The translations under genes and the position numbers were made by a program. DNA of 64,000 nt, from positions 14,522-78,521 of the IMG/VR virus record IMGVR_UViG_3300036783_000204, one strand, 5' to 3'. The DNA comes from a virus (taxonomy: Duplodnaviria; Caudoviricetes). The notes under the pieces were generated by a model. It ran no database searches and had not been told where the DNA came from. It saw only the letters and a list, made by a program, of their open reading frames with translations. Shown here piece by piece: positions 44,688 through 52,838 of the stretch. Numbering within the stretch: position 1 is the first letter of the stretch; every line of letters starts with the position of its first letter.

Positions 44688-45035
44688 ATGCCGCCGTTCG
44701 GTGGTGAAGTTGGTGGCGCAGTGACCACTGTCGACGATGAGGTGCTGAAGTCTCTGTACGCGCAGAAGATCGGGTCGTCCACGATCGCGAAGAAGACCGG
44801 GCTCAAGCCCTACCAGGTAGTGGCACGTTTGCGGGCGATGGACGTGCAGATCCGCCCCAGGGCGTCGCCTCGCCCTCACTTGAGGCTCCAGACACCGCCT
44901 GGCCTGGTCGACGACTACGTGGACAAAGGGTTAAGTGTCCGACTTGCAGGCGAGAAGCACGGCATCTCGACCGGAGCGGCGTACCGGATGCTCGATGAGG
45001 CGGGGGTTCTCCGTCGTCGTCGTCGGCGGCGCTGA
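44688..45035 (+). CDS. Double-HTH protein
   Basis: LYAQKIGSSTIAKKTGL and YVDKGLSVRLAGEKHGISTGAAYRML. Confidence 0.7.
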   Translation: MPPFGGEVGGAVTTVDDEVLKSLYAQKIGSSTIAKKTGLKPYQVVARLRAMDVQIRPRASPRPHLRLQTPPGLVDDYVDKGLSVRLAGEKHGISTGAAYRMLDEAGVLRRRRRRR

Positions 45036-45042
45036 CGCAAAG

Positions 45043-45099
45043 AAAGCCCCCCACCGCTCTACCCGAGGACGACATTCCCGGGGAGCGATGGGGGGCTTT
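45043..45099. terminator. Terminator-like hairpin
   Basis: AAAGCCCCCCA/TGGGGGGCTTT plus inner CGCTC/GAGCG. Confidence 0.6.
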
Positions 45100-45150
45100 G
45101 TGGTGGATCAGCTGGCACACTCAGCCGACCCAGTTCTGGAGGATTGCTAG

Positions 45151-45555
45151 GTGAATCCCTTGCCGCGCACGGTCACCTCCGAAGCAGTTGACGGGTCGCG
45201 AAATCTGCGAGAACTAACGGGAGCACTCATTGATGGACGCTTCGGAGCGCACCGACCGCAATTGTCGGATGGCGCGGGCGTGGGGTTACGGCGAAACCAA
45301 GCGGAGATCGCCGAGACGTTCGGCCTGTCGCTGAGCTGGACTGGTGAAGTGCTCCGTAGCTACGTCGATGACATGCCTGTCACGGGACGCGGCTACACGT
45401 GCGACATCGACAAAGCCGTGGTACAGCGCCAGTACGAGCAGGGCGGCACCATTCGGGAAATCGCGGATGCGCACGATGTGTCCTACGGCACGATCCGACG
45501 CCTACTGAAGCGGGCGGGAGTTCCTATGCGGCCGAGAGGCGTACGTCCTCGCTAG
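45151..45555 (+). CDS. Double-HTH protein (start uncertain)
   Basis: NQAEIAETFGLSLSW and YEQGGTIREIADAHDVSYGTIRRLLKRAGVPMRPRG. Confidence 0.75.
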   Translation: MNPLPRTVTSEAVDGSRNLRELTGALIDGRFGAHRPQLSDGAGVGLRRNQAEIAETFGLSLSWTGEVLRSYVDDMPVTGRGYTCDIDKAVVQRQYEQGGTIREIADAHDVSYGTIRRLLKRAGVPMRPRGVRPR

Positions 45556-45899
45556 GCGTCGAGGCCGAAGGCGGCGTCGCGGGCGCGGCGAAGCTGGCGG
45601 ATCATGCGGTTGATGCCGTCGCGGTCGAGCATGACGGCGAAGCCGGTGCACTGTGCAGGCGGGTATCCAGTGTCGCCTCCCGGCGGCTTGGTGCTGTCAT
45701 CGCACCGGTCGTCGGCCTCGCTTGCCGGGGAACCGGGGAACATGGCGATACTGTTGGGGTCCTCGCTCATGACCTGGACGTAGCCCATCTCGGCTTCGTC
45801 GGCGTGGGGGTCGTGGTTCGCCGAGCGCCAGATGACCTGGACGCGACCGAATCCGAAGGCGCTGTCGATGTTTTCGTGGGGCATGCTTTTCTCCATCAC
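45552..45899 (-). CDS. Conserved actinophage hypothetical protein
   Basis: C-terminal LDRDGINRMIRQLRRARDAAFG.DA motif. Confidence 0.7.
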   Translation of the reverse strand: MMEKSMPHENIDSAFGFGRVQVIWRSANHDPHADEAEMGYVQVMSEDPNSIAMFPGSPASEADDRCDDSTKPPGGDTGYPPAQCTGFAVMLDRDGINRMIRQLRRARDAAFGLDA

Positions 45900-45950
45900 G
45901 GAGGCCCATCGCGGGCAAGCGTGGCCGATTGAACCCTCGGCCCGGGGTGG

Positions 45951-46268
45951 CTACAGGGAGGCGGGCTCGGGGGTCGGCCAGGTGAAGTGACGTTCTCCTT
46001 CGCCGACGTTGACCGACGTGACCCAGAGGGTGTCCAGGAGAACCTGTCCGTTGACGGCGCCTCCGGGGGTGTCCATCCAGACGCGCACGATCACCATCGG
46101 GTACACGTCACCGGCGGCGGCGGTGTTCCCGGCGTGAAGCTGGGCGCCGACGGGGTTCTGCTCGCTGGCGAGGGACGCGGCGGCGTCACGGCGGCGACGG
46201 TTGATCTGCTCTGCGTCCTGTTCGGACAGTGTGTAGAGCACGATGCTGCCGGGGGTGGGGATGGTCAA
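45951..46268 (-). CDS. Hypothetical protein, paralog of 47612-47881
   Basis: TTG start overlapping the holin-like stop; PGSIVLYTLSEQDAEQINRRR...YPMVIVRVW. Confidence 0.65.
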   Translation of the reverse strand: MTIPTPGSIVLYTLSEQDAEQINRRRRDAAASLASEQNPVGAQLHAGNTAAAGDVYPMVIVRVWMDTPGGAVNGQVLLDTLWVTSVNVGEGERHFTWPTPEPASL

Positions 46269-46597
46269 GGGATGGCTCCTAGTGGCGGGGAGTTCGGAAT
46301 TCGGTAAATGCCAGCGGCACCGACGGCCGCGGCGAGTACCTGGAACCACAGCACCGGATTGTGCGGGTCGGCGATCAGGACGACGGCGGCCTGGAGGACG
46401 GCCATGATCACGGCGAGGACGGCCTTCGTCGCACGCGCGATGAGGGTGTTCGGCGCCGCGTAGACCTGTGCGGCGGTCGCGGCGCTGATGGCCACGTTGA
46501 TCAGCTCGGCGCCGGTGATGTGGCCATCGGCGAGGACGGGGATCAGGGCGGTGGCGATCGCGGCGAGGATGGCGGCGAGCGCCTTGACGTAGCGCAT
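46265..46597 (-). CDS. Holin-like multi-TM protein
   Basis: About four TM segments, internal KA..A repeat; located in lysis region. Confidence 0.6.
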   Translation of the reverse strand: MRYVKALAAILAAIATALIPVLADGHITGAELINVAISAATAAQVYAAPNTLIARATKAVLAVIMAVLQAAVVLIADPHNPVLWFQVLAAAVGAAGIYRIPNSPPLGAIP

Positions 46598-46630
46598 GGT
46601 TGACTCCTCGAACGCGGGAAAGGGGAATCC

Positions 46631-47179
46631 ATGGAGCAGCCACGAACGATCGTGCGCGACCTGGTGGCCGGAGTTGTGGCATGCGACCTACGGGAGGACA
46701 TCGACCAGGTGGCGATGCTCAGGTGGATCGACTCCGGGGCACCGCTGTGGCGCACCGCGAAACCGGCGATGCCGAAGCTCCATCTGTGCGTCTACTTCGT
46801 GGTCTTCGATCCCCGCCGCCGCACCGTGCTCCTCATCGACCACGTGCTGTCGGGCCTGCGGCTGCCCCCTGGCGGGCATGTCGACTACGCCGAGGACCCT
46901 CGGAAGACGGTGGTCAGGGAGGCGGAGGAGGAGCTGGGCATCGACGCCCGGTTCCTGTTCGAGGAGCCCCTGTTCGTCACCGTCACGCAGGCGGTGGACC
47001 ACAGTCACGAGGACGCGACGTTGTGGTTCGTCCTCACTGGCGACCAAGACATGCGGGTTGTCGCCGACCCTGGGGAGATCTCTGCGGTCCACTGGGTACC
47101 GCTTGACGACGACTGTGGCCCCGGGTGCGATCCGCGCCTGGACCAGTTCCGACGCAAGCTGATCGCCCGGTTGAGCTAG
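46631..47179 (+). CDS. NUDIX hydrolase (antisense insertion in lysis region)
   Basis: PGGHVDYAEDPRKTVVREAEEELG Nudix box. Confidence 0.9.
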   Translation: MEQPRTIVRDLVAGVVACDLREDIDQVAMLRWIDSGAPLWRTAKPAMPKLHLCVYFVVFDPRRRTVLLIDHVLSGLRLPPGGHVDYAEDPRKTVVREAEEELGIDARFLFEEPLFVTVTQAVDHSHEDATLWFVLTGDQDMRVVADPGEISAVHWVPLDDDCGPGCDPRLDQFRRKLIARLS

Positions 47180-47385
47180 TCCAGGAAGACGGCCTTCGTC
47201 TTGCCGTCGTGGCCGTGGATGGCGATGGCGTCATCGAGGGTCTGCCACACGGCGATGCTGGAGCGGGGGCCGCGCCAGCACACGCATACCTGCCCTGTGG
47301 GCCACAGGACGCCGTCAGCGACGGTCCCGGTACCAGAGACGCCGGAGACGTCTTCCGTGCGCTCCAGAACGAACAGGCGGGTCAT
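47176..47385 (-). CDS. Conserved small phage protein
   Basis: LERTEDVSGVSGTGTVADGV...W...S...IHGHDGKT motif. Confidence 0.75.
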   Translation of the reverse strand: MTRLFVLERTEDVSGVSGTGTVADGVLWPTGQVCVCWRGPRSSIAVWQTLDDAIAIHGHDGKTKAVFLD

Positions 47386-47606
47386 TCGGAGGCCTCGGGG
47401 ATGAAGCGCAGCTCGTAGGCCTGGCCGACCTGGAAGTCGTCGGCCACGTCGCCCTTGAGACACATCGAGAGGGAGAGGGCCGGGGTAGCCGCCGCCCAGC
47501 TGGAGTTGCGGCCTTCGGCGTAGTCCGGCGCGAAGCGAACCTGGGCCTGGCCGTCGCCAAGTTCTTCCTTGTTGGTGCATGTGATCTTCGCTGTGATCTC
47601 GGTCAT
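47382..47606 (-). CDS. Conserved small phage protein
   Basis: NSSWAAATPA..L...FQVGQAYELRF. Confidence 0.7.
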   Translation of the reverse strand: MTEITAKITCTNKEELGDGQAQVRFAPDYAEGRNSSWAAATPALSLSMCLKGDVADDFQVGQAYELRFIPEASE

Positions 47607-47611
47607 CGTGC

Positions 47612-47881
47612 TTACCAGCTCCAGGTGTTCGGGCCGATGCCCCGCTTCACGAGCGAGACGAGGTGGGTGTCATGACCGAGTACGACCTTGCCGTCGACGA
47701 GATGCGGGGCATCCGGCGTGGAGCCCCAGATGCGGGTGATCTCCATCGGATATGTCTCGCCGCGGTACACCTCGGGACTCTTCTTGTCGACACTGCGTCG
47801 CTGACGGTTGATGATCTGTGCGTCCTGAATGGACAACGTGTAGGCGACGGTGCTGCCGATGCGGGGTTCCAATGCCGTCAC
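47612..47881 (-). CDS. Hypothetical protein, paralog of 45951-46268
   Basis: PRIGSTVAYTLSIQDAQIINRQRR...YPMEITRIW. Confidence 0.65.
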   Translation of the reverse strand: MTALEPRIGSTVAYTLSIQDAQIINRQRRSVDKKSPEVYRGETYPMEITRIWGSTPDAPHLVDGKVVLGHDTHLVSLVKRGIGPNTWSW

Positions 47882-48804
47882 CGGAAGCTCAGCGAGCCGG
47901 AGCGTTCGGGGTGTCCGGCGGCGTAGGACCAGATGATGGACCCCTGGGTGGCGCCTGCTACGACGTCGATCCGCCAGGGCCGGAGCCGGTCGACACGGAA
48001 GTCGGCCTCATGGCTCCACTTGTAGTCGAAGTTCGTCCCCGCAGGAAGTGCGTCACCGGCCTGCCAGATGCCGTGCACGATGAGGGACTCGATGGGGCAG
48101 TTGATACGGATCTTCGTGGCACCGCTGGGGATGTCGAAGGAGGCGCTCCGGTGGTCGCCCGCGGGTAGTTGCATGGTCGTCTCCTCGTCGTGGCGCAGTG
48201 GCGTAGTTGTGGCCGCCAGGCGCAGGGCCGGAAGGTTGTCGGTGTGGTCTAGGTCGACATGACCCGTGACGCCGGGGATCTGGCCGAAGCTCGTGTACTG
48301 GTGAAGATCGACCTGGCCGGTGTAGTGCCGGATGTCCTGGCGCGTACCGGTGTTGGTGCCGTATTCGGCGGCCCAGATGCGCAGCCAGCGGTAGCCCCAG
48401 TTCTCTGGCTTCAGCGTGGCGAGCCAGCTGGTGGAGGCGTAGAGCACCACGACCGGGAAGTTCCGGTGCACCCGTTGCAGGAAGGTGTTGGCGAACCAGG
48501 GGCGAGCAGCGTCGGGAATGCCGCCGGATTCGAGGTCCAGGGCGGGCGCAAGTTCTCCCCCGAGACGCTGGCAGGCGCCGACGAACACTTCGGCTTGCAG
48601 TGCCGGGTCGCCGGGTTCGGCGAAGTGGTATCCGCCCCAGAGAATTCCGTGGGCGCGACAGTTGGCGACGTAGGCGTCCGCGGGCGTGCGAGCCCCGCCG
48701 CCGCCGTCGGAGTACTTCAGGTAGGCACCATCCACGGCCTTCGCCAGGGCCGCCCAGTCTGTGACTGTGTTGTATTGACCGTACAAATCAACGAGCAGCG
48801 CCAT
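47878..48804 (-). CDS. Endolysin, GH25 muramidase
   Basis: N-terminal VDL; AYLKYSDG; GGYHFA; PALDLE (DxE); LHQYTS..QIPGVTGHVDLD. Confidence 0.9.
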   Translation of the reverse strand: MALLVDLYGQYNTVTDWAALAKAVDGAYLKYSDGGGGARTPADAYVANCRAHGILWGGYHFAEPGDPALQAEVFVGACQRLGGELAPALDLESGGIPDAARPWFANTFLQRVHRNFPVVVLYASTSWLATLKPENWGYRWLRIWAAEYGTNTGTRQDIRHYTGQVDLHQYTSFGQIPGVTGHVDLDHTDNLPALRLAATTTPLRHDEETTMQLPAGDHRSASFDIPSGATKIRINCPIESLIVHGIWQAGDALPAGTNFDYKWSHEADFRVDRLRPWRIDVVAGATQGSIIWSYAAGHPERSGSLSFR

Positions 48805-48805
48805 G

Positions 48806-49219
48806 TCACTTCCCCAGCTGGGTGCAGTCGCGCTGGGCGTACGCGTCGGTCATGTACGCCCGGAAGTCGCTGATCTGCTTCTGCTTCTCCGGGGTGAGGT
48901 TGGGCTGCTTCAAGGACAAGTCGAGGACGTAGTTCCACAGGTTGGTGGTGACCAGGCGGGATTGGTTGCTCGCCTCGCAGGTCGTCTTCTGCGCAGTGCG
49001 GTTCTGCGCAGCCAGCGAGCTGGCTTCGTTTGCCTGCACGGCGACGAAGGCGACCACGATGGACAGTGCGAGGTCCAGGATGAGGCTGATGGTGAGGCCC
49101 CAGATGTAGCGCCGGTTCCGATGTCCGTAGTCCCGGAGGGCTCGCATTTCCGTGGAGAGGTCGGCCATGGATTCGTTGAGCCGGAGGGCGGCCGCAAGTG
49201 TCGCCTGCTTGTCGTCCAT
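48806..49219 (-). CDS. Single-TM lysis-region membrane protein
   Basis: N-terminal coiled coil, central TM, C-terminal C...C pair. Confidence 0.7.
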   Translation of the reverse strand: MDDKQATLAAALRLNESMADLSTEMRALRDYGHRNRRYIWGLTISLILDLALSIVVAFVAVQANEASSLAAQNRTAQKTTCEASNQSRLVTTNLWNYVLDLSLKQPNLTPEKQKQISDFRAYMTDAYAQRDCTQLGK

Positions 49220-49386
49220 TATTTCCCTGCCTCGTAGGCGCTTTTGAGAATGTCGCTCATTTCCTTCACCACGACGTCGAGCTGCTCGACGATGAGGTCG
49301 GCCCGCGCGGTCAGCCGGGCGATCTCCACGTCCTCGGCGGGCGACGACGCTGCGGGGTCGATGCGGTGCTTCCTCAACCACCTCAT
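49219..49386 (-). CDS. Small coiled-coil protein (not in ORF track)
   Basis: GGGAG RBS; MRWLRKHRID...EIARLTARADLIVEQLDVVVKEM. Confidence 0.5.
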   Translation of the reverse strand: MRWLRKHRIDPAASSPAEDVEIARLTARADLIVEQLDVVVKEMSDILKSAYEAGK

Positions 49387-49565
49387 GGCTTCTCGTCTCC
49401 CAGGAGGATGCGCAGACGTTCGGTCATTTCCCCCATGACTTCATGGAGTTCGTCGAGCAGGGTGTTCGCGCGCGCGGTGAGGGCGTCGACCTCTTCGGCC
49501 CGGTACTCACGGTGACCTTCGCCTTTTTGCCTTTTGGTCACTGTCCGCCTCTTTTGCTCGGGCAA
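49383..49565 (-). CDS. Small coiled-coil protein
   Basis: EVDALTARANTLLDELHEVMGEM, similar to the adjacent small protein. Confidence 0.5.
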   Translation of the reverse strand: MPEQKRRTVTKRQKGEGHREYRAEEVDALTARANTLLDELHEVMGEMTERLRILLGDEKP

Positions 49566-49887
49566 TCTCCTGAAGGATGGGGATCATTGCTTGCAGGGTT
49601 TGGAGTTGCTGAAGCACGGGAAGCAGCGCCCGGGTGGTGCTGATGAAGTCCCCGATCACCGGGAGCAGCCGTTCCTGGAGAACCTGGGCCATGGCGTCCC
49701 GCTGGGCGTCGGCCCTCTCCCGTTCCTTCACCAGGCGGTCGCGTTCTTCGAGGAGCTTTTCGACGCTGGGTTTCGTCCACAGCCAGCCGGTGATCAGGCT
49801 GAGGACGACGAGGCCGAGGACGCCGAAGTTGATCCACGTCGTGACGTCACTGAGCGCGGGGCCCGTGGTGTCAGCCGCGGTGTACAC
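49507..49887 (-). CDS. Holin-like membrane/coiled-coil protein
   Basis: N-terminal TM (WINFGVLGLVVLSLITGWLW) then coiled coil. Confidence 0.65.
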   Translation of the reverse strand: MYTAADTTGPALSDVTTWINFGVLGLVVLSLITGWLWTKPSVEKLLEERDRLVKERERADAQRDAMAQVLQERLLPVIGDFISTTRALLPVLQQLQTLQAMIPILQEIARAKEADSDQKAKRRRSP

Positions 49888-49893
49888 GCCCGA

Positions 49894-50805
49894 TCACGGC
49901 CCAAGCCAATACAGTTCGATGCGGGTGCCCTCGTTGAAGGACGACGTGCCGAGGATCGCGATGGAGACGCCTGATGTCTGCTGGCCCCACGCCTCGATGA
50001 CTTCTCCGGCGGTGAACCTGTCCATAGTGGTCAGAGACTGGGCGGTGCCGGTGTCCACGACTGGGTTGGCGTAGTTGAGCCCCAGCTTGACGGGGTTCGC
50101 TGAGCCGCCGTTCTGGCGCTGGAGCCAGATCCGCCGCGACCCCGTGGTGTTCGGGTTGTCCCAGTACACGTTGAGCACCATCAGCCACAGGCCTGCGCGC
50201 TGAAGCTTCCATTCATGAATGCTGGGGCGGTCCACGACGCTGGAGGGGAACTGCTCCACGTCGAAGTCGATCCTGGTTCCACTGCCACCGGTCGAGATCG
50301 ACTGGAATGAACTGTCTACTGTGTATGAGCAGCTGCCGTCCGTGTAGTCGGGGATGGCACGAACATTGCCGGAGGTGATGGTCACGGCAGCCGCGGGAAC
50401 GGTGATCTGTGCGAGCTGGATTTCCCATTTCGACGTGTTCTGGGTCAGCGTCGGGTAGCTCGTACTGCCAGCGGTGCCGGTCAGCACATCCAATTCGATC
50501 CTGTTGTTCACAAAATCATTCCGGAGAATAGCCAGGTCGAGCCGCTGCAATGTGGCGTGCGCCGTGGCGACGGGAAGAGCCTTGGTGGCGGTGCTGGTGC
50601 CCCAGGCCCCCCTGATCCAGCATTCGCCGGTCGGCACCTTCACCTGCATGCCGGTGGAGTCGCCGAAGGGCCGGAATTCGCTGCCGACGCTGCGAATGAC
50701 GCCGTCACCGCGGAAATGCCGGGCGAATTGACGCCAGCCGTCCTCCGTCACATTCGAGCCGGGACCGGAGTCGAACGGCATGTAGGAATCGAGGGAGGTA
50801 GCCAT
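49894..50805 (-). CDS. Minor tail / receptor-binding region protein
   Basis: Position after tail hub; SYMPFDSG, RLDLAILR, WEIQLAQITVPA motifs; C-terminal beta-rich domain. Confidence 0.75.
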   Translation of the reverse strand: MATSLDSYMPFDSGPGSNVTEDGWRQFARHFRGDGVIRSVGSEFRPFGDSTGMQVKVPTGECWIRGAWGTSTATKALPVATAHATLQRLDLAILRNDFVNNRIELDVLTGTAGSTSYPTLTQNTSKWEIQLAQITVPAAAVTITSGNVRAIPDYTDGSCSYTVDSSFQSISTGGSGTRIDFDVEQFPSSVVDRPSIHEWKLQRAGLWLMVLNVYWDNPNTTGSRRIWLQRQNGGSANPVKLGLNYANPVVDTGTAQSLTTMDRFTAGEVIEAWGQQTSGVSIAILGTSSFNEGTRIELYWLGP

Positions 50806-51981
50806 TCACAGCCTCTCAAGCAGGTTGAGCCGCTTCTGCATGTCGCGGACAGCGCGGATGATGCGTAAGACGTCTTTGCGGGCAGCTGTGCCGATGGTCG
50901 GGTTCACGGTCTGCGGGCCGTCGGGCGTGAGATGGATTTCCACGGAGCGAAGGGTGTCGACGATCCGTCCTTCCCCGGCGTAGGGCGAATTCGCGGGACC
51001 TTCGAGCTGGACGGTGACCTTGTCCCCCAGGAAGTAATGCACCCCGTACAGCAAGGTGGAGGTCTCCACGGGGGTGATCGTCAGCGTCGCCTGTTCACTC
51101 CCCTGAGTGAGAGCATCCGCCCCGGCTTGGGCGATGTGGGTGGGGTCAGTGGTGCCGCTCTGGTTCACCAGCGGGCCTTCGATCCGGCCCCAGGTGGCGA
51201 TCGCCGCGGAGTCCGGGAACTCCTTCAGCACCCGCGTTGTCCCGGTGCCGGTCGCCCCCACGAACGAGTAGTTGTTCACCGGGGCCGTGGAGTCGTAGGT
51301 GAAGCCGCTGAGGTTCCCCAGTGCCAGGGAGAAGTTCACCGAGGCGGACCGGTCGGTGGGGGCGAAAACTTGGAATTGGAGGCCGGTGCCGACCTGGATG
51401 ATGCGGAACCCGACACCTCCGGCGGAGGCGAGCGGCTGAAGGAACTGCAACAAGTTGCTGTCCCACCGGCCGTTGCCGGAGACGGTGGTGCCGATCAGCG
51501 GGTCGGTGCCGATGGTGAGGCCGGTGACGCGGCGGGGGCTGATCGCGCTCGGCCCCGCGTTGACGTCAACGTATTGCCGCAGGATCGTGCTGGCCTGCCC
51601 GGTGCGGACGTCGTAGGGCTGCACCGTGTAGGGCGGCTGAGACTCCGTGGGAGATGGGGATACCACGCGTCGACTGAGCCATGCGTCATCGGTGAGGCCA
51701 GTGATGACCACTTCGTTCTTCGGCGGTGAGGTGTTGCGGTCCACGGCGTGCGCGGAGTGGTTCATCAGGCCGGAGAAGATGACAGAGTTGTTGCGGCACA
51801 CAATGATTCCCCACAGTGGGGAGGTCAGGTTCGCGGCCTGGGCGGCGCCGCGGTTCATCGTGATTTCCCAGGTGCCGACGTCGTTGTACACCGGGGTCAG
51901 CTTCAGTTCGGTGTAGTCGTCGACCTCGGCGGCGCGGTGCCCGGCGGGGTCGCGGGCGTAGACCTTCCACTCGAAGGTCAT
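50806..51981 (-). CDS. Minor tail protein (ReqiPepy6 Gp37-like tail hub)
   Basis: YNDVGTWEI; YFLGDKVTV; position after Dit. Confidence 0.8.
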   Translation of the reverse strand: MTFEWKVYARDPAGHRAAEVDDYTELKLTPVYNDVGTWEITMNRGAAQAANLTSPLWGIIVCRNNSVIFSGLMNHSAHAVDRNTSPPKNEVVITGLTDDAWLSRRVVSPSPTESQPPYTVQPYDVRTGQASTILRQYVDVNAGPSAISPRRVTGLTIGTDPLIGTTVSGNGRWDSNLLQFLQPLASAGGVGFRIIQVGTGLQFQVFAPTDRSASVNFSLALGNLSGFTYDSTAPVNNYSFVGATGTGTTRVLKEFPDSAAIATWGRIEGPLVNQSGTTDPTHIAQAGADALTQGSEQATLTITPVETSTLLYGVHYFLGDKVTVQLEGPANSPYAGEGRIVDTLRSVEIHLTPDGPQTVNPTIGTAARKDVLRIIRAVRDMQKRLNLLERL

Positions 51982-52838
51982 GGCGACAGATACCTCTGCC
52001 GGTAGTTGACCGCCAGCGACGACACTCCCGCGAGGGCGGCGGACATCTCCAGTCGCACCGAGGTTGTCCCGGTGCGCAGCGCCCACAGCGACGAGGACAC
52101 GTCGAGGTCGGGGAAGCTGTTCGAACCGTCCTGTTTGGTCACTGTCTTGCGGCCGGGGCGGGTGTCGATGACGACAGACTCACCGGTGCCCAGGCTGAGG
52201 GTGTTGAACAGCAGCAGCTCGCCGGTGGTGAGGTTGCGCAGGACGATCCCGCTTCCCGGCCCGACGATGGTCCATACGGGCCACGCGTCGGTGTCGCCGC
52301 TGTTGGTGACGGTGGTGTCGACTGCGATCTGACTGGCCGTCAGCCGCAGCGGGAAGATCGGGAAGAAGCTCGGCGTGGCCCCGATGCTGAAGCTGGCCGC
52401 GATGTCCGACACGTCGCGCCAGAAGGGGTCGTACGCGCGGAACACCACTGCGGCTTGCTGCATGTCGACCCCGCCACTACCCGGCTTCTCCTCGATCCCG
52501 AGGCCGGAGGCGACGTAGCATTCGATTTCCCGGACGTCCCCGATCGGTGAGGTGACGCGGATGATCCCCGCGCCACGCTTGGGGTCCATCGCGACCATCA
52601 GGTTCCGCAGCGCGGTACGCAGACCGGCTTCGTCGCCGGGGTTGGCGGAGATGGTGAGCTTCAGCGTGAACTCGTGCGGCTTGTAGTGGGCGGCGCGGTG
52701 CCGGGCCCCGTCCTGGCCGGGCACCGCGTCTTCCTCGTGGACGATCTCGGCCATGTAGCGACCGCTGGCGTCCCAGTCGACGTCCAATGTGGTCACGGTC
52801 CCGTTGACGTCGAGCCATTGAGAGATTTCCGCGGTCAC
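51978..52838 (-). CDS. Distal tail protein (Dit)
   Basis: FRAYDPFW, NSGDTDAWPVWTIVGP, VIDTRPG; follows tape measure. Confidence 0.8.
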   Translation of the reverse strand: MTAEISQWLDVNGTVTTLDVDWDASGRYMAEIVHEEDAVPGQDGARHRAAHYKPHEFTLKLTISANPGDEAGLRTALRNLMVAMDPKRGAGIIRVTSPIGDVREIECYVASGLGIEEKPGSGGVDMQQAAVVFRAYDPFWRDVSDIAASFSIGATPSFFPIFPLRLTASQIAVDTTVTNSGDTDAWPVWTIVGPGSGIVLRNLTTGELLLFNTLSLGTGESVVIDTRPGRKTVTKQDGSNSFPDLDVSSSLWALRTGTTSVRLEMSAALAGVSSLAVNYRQRYLSP

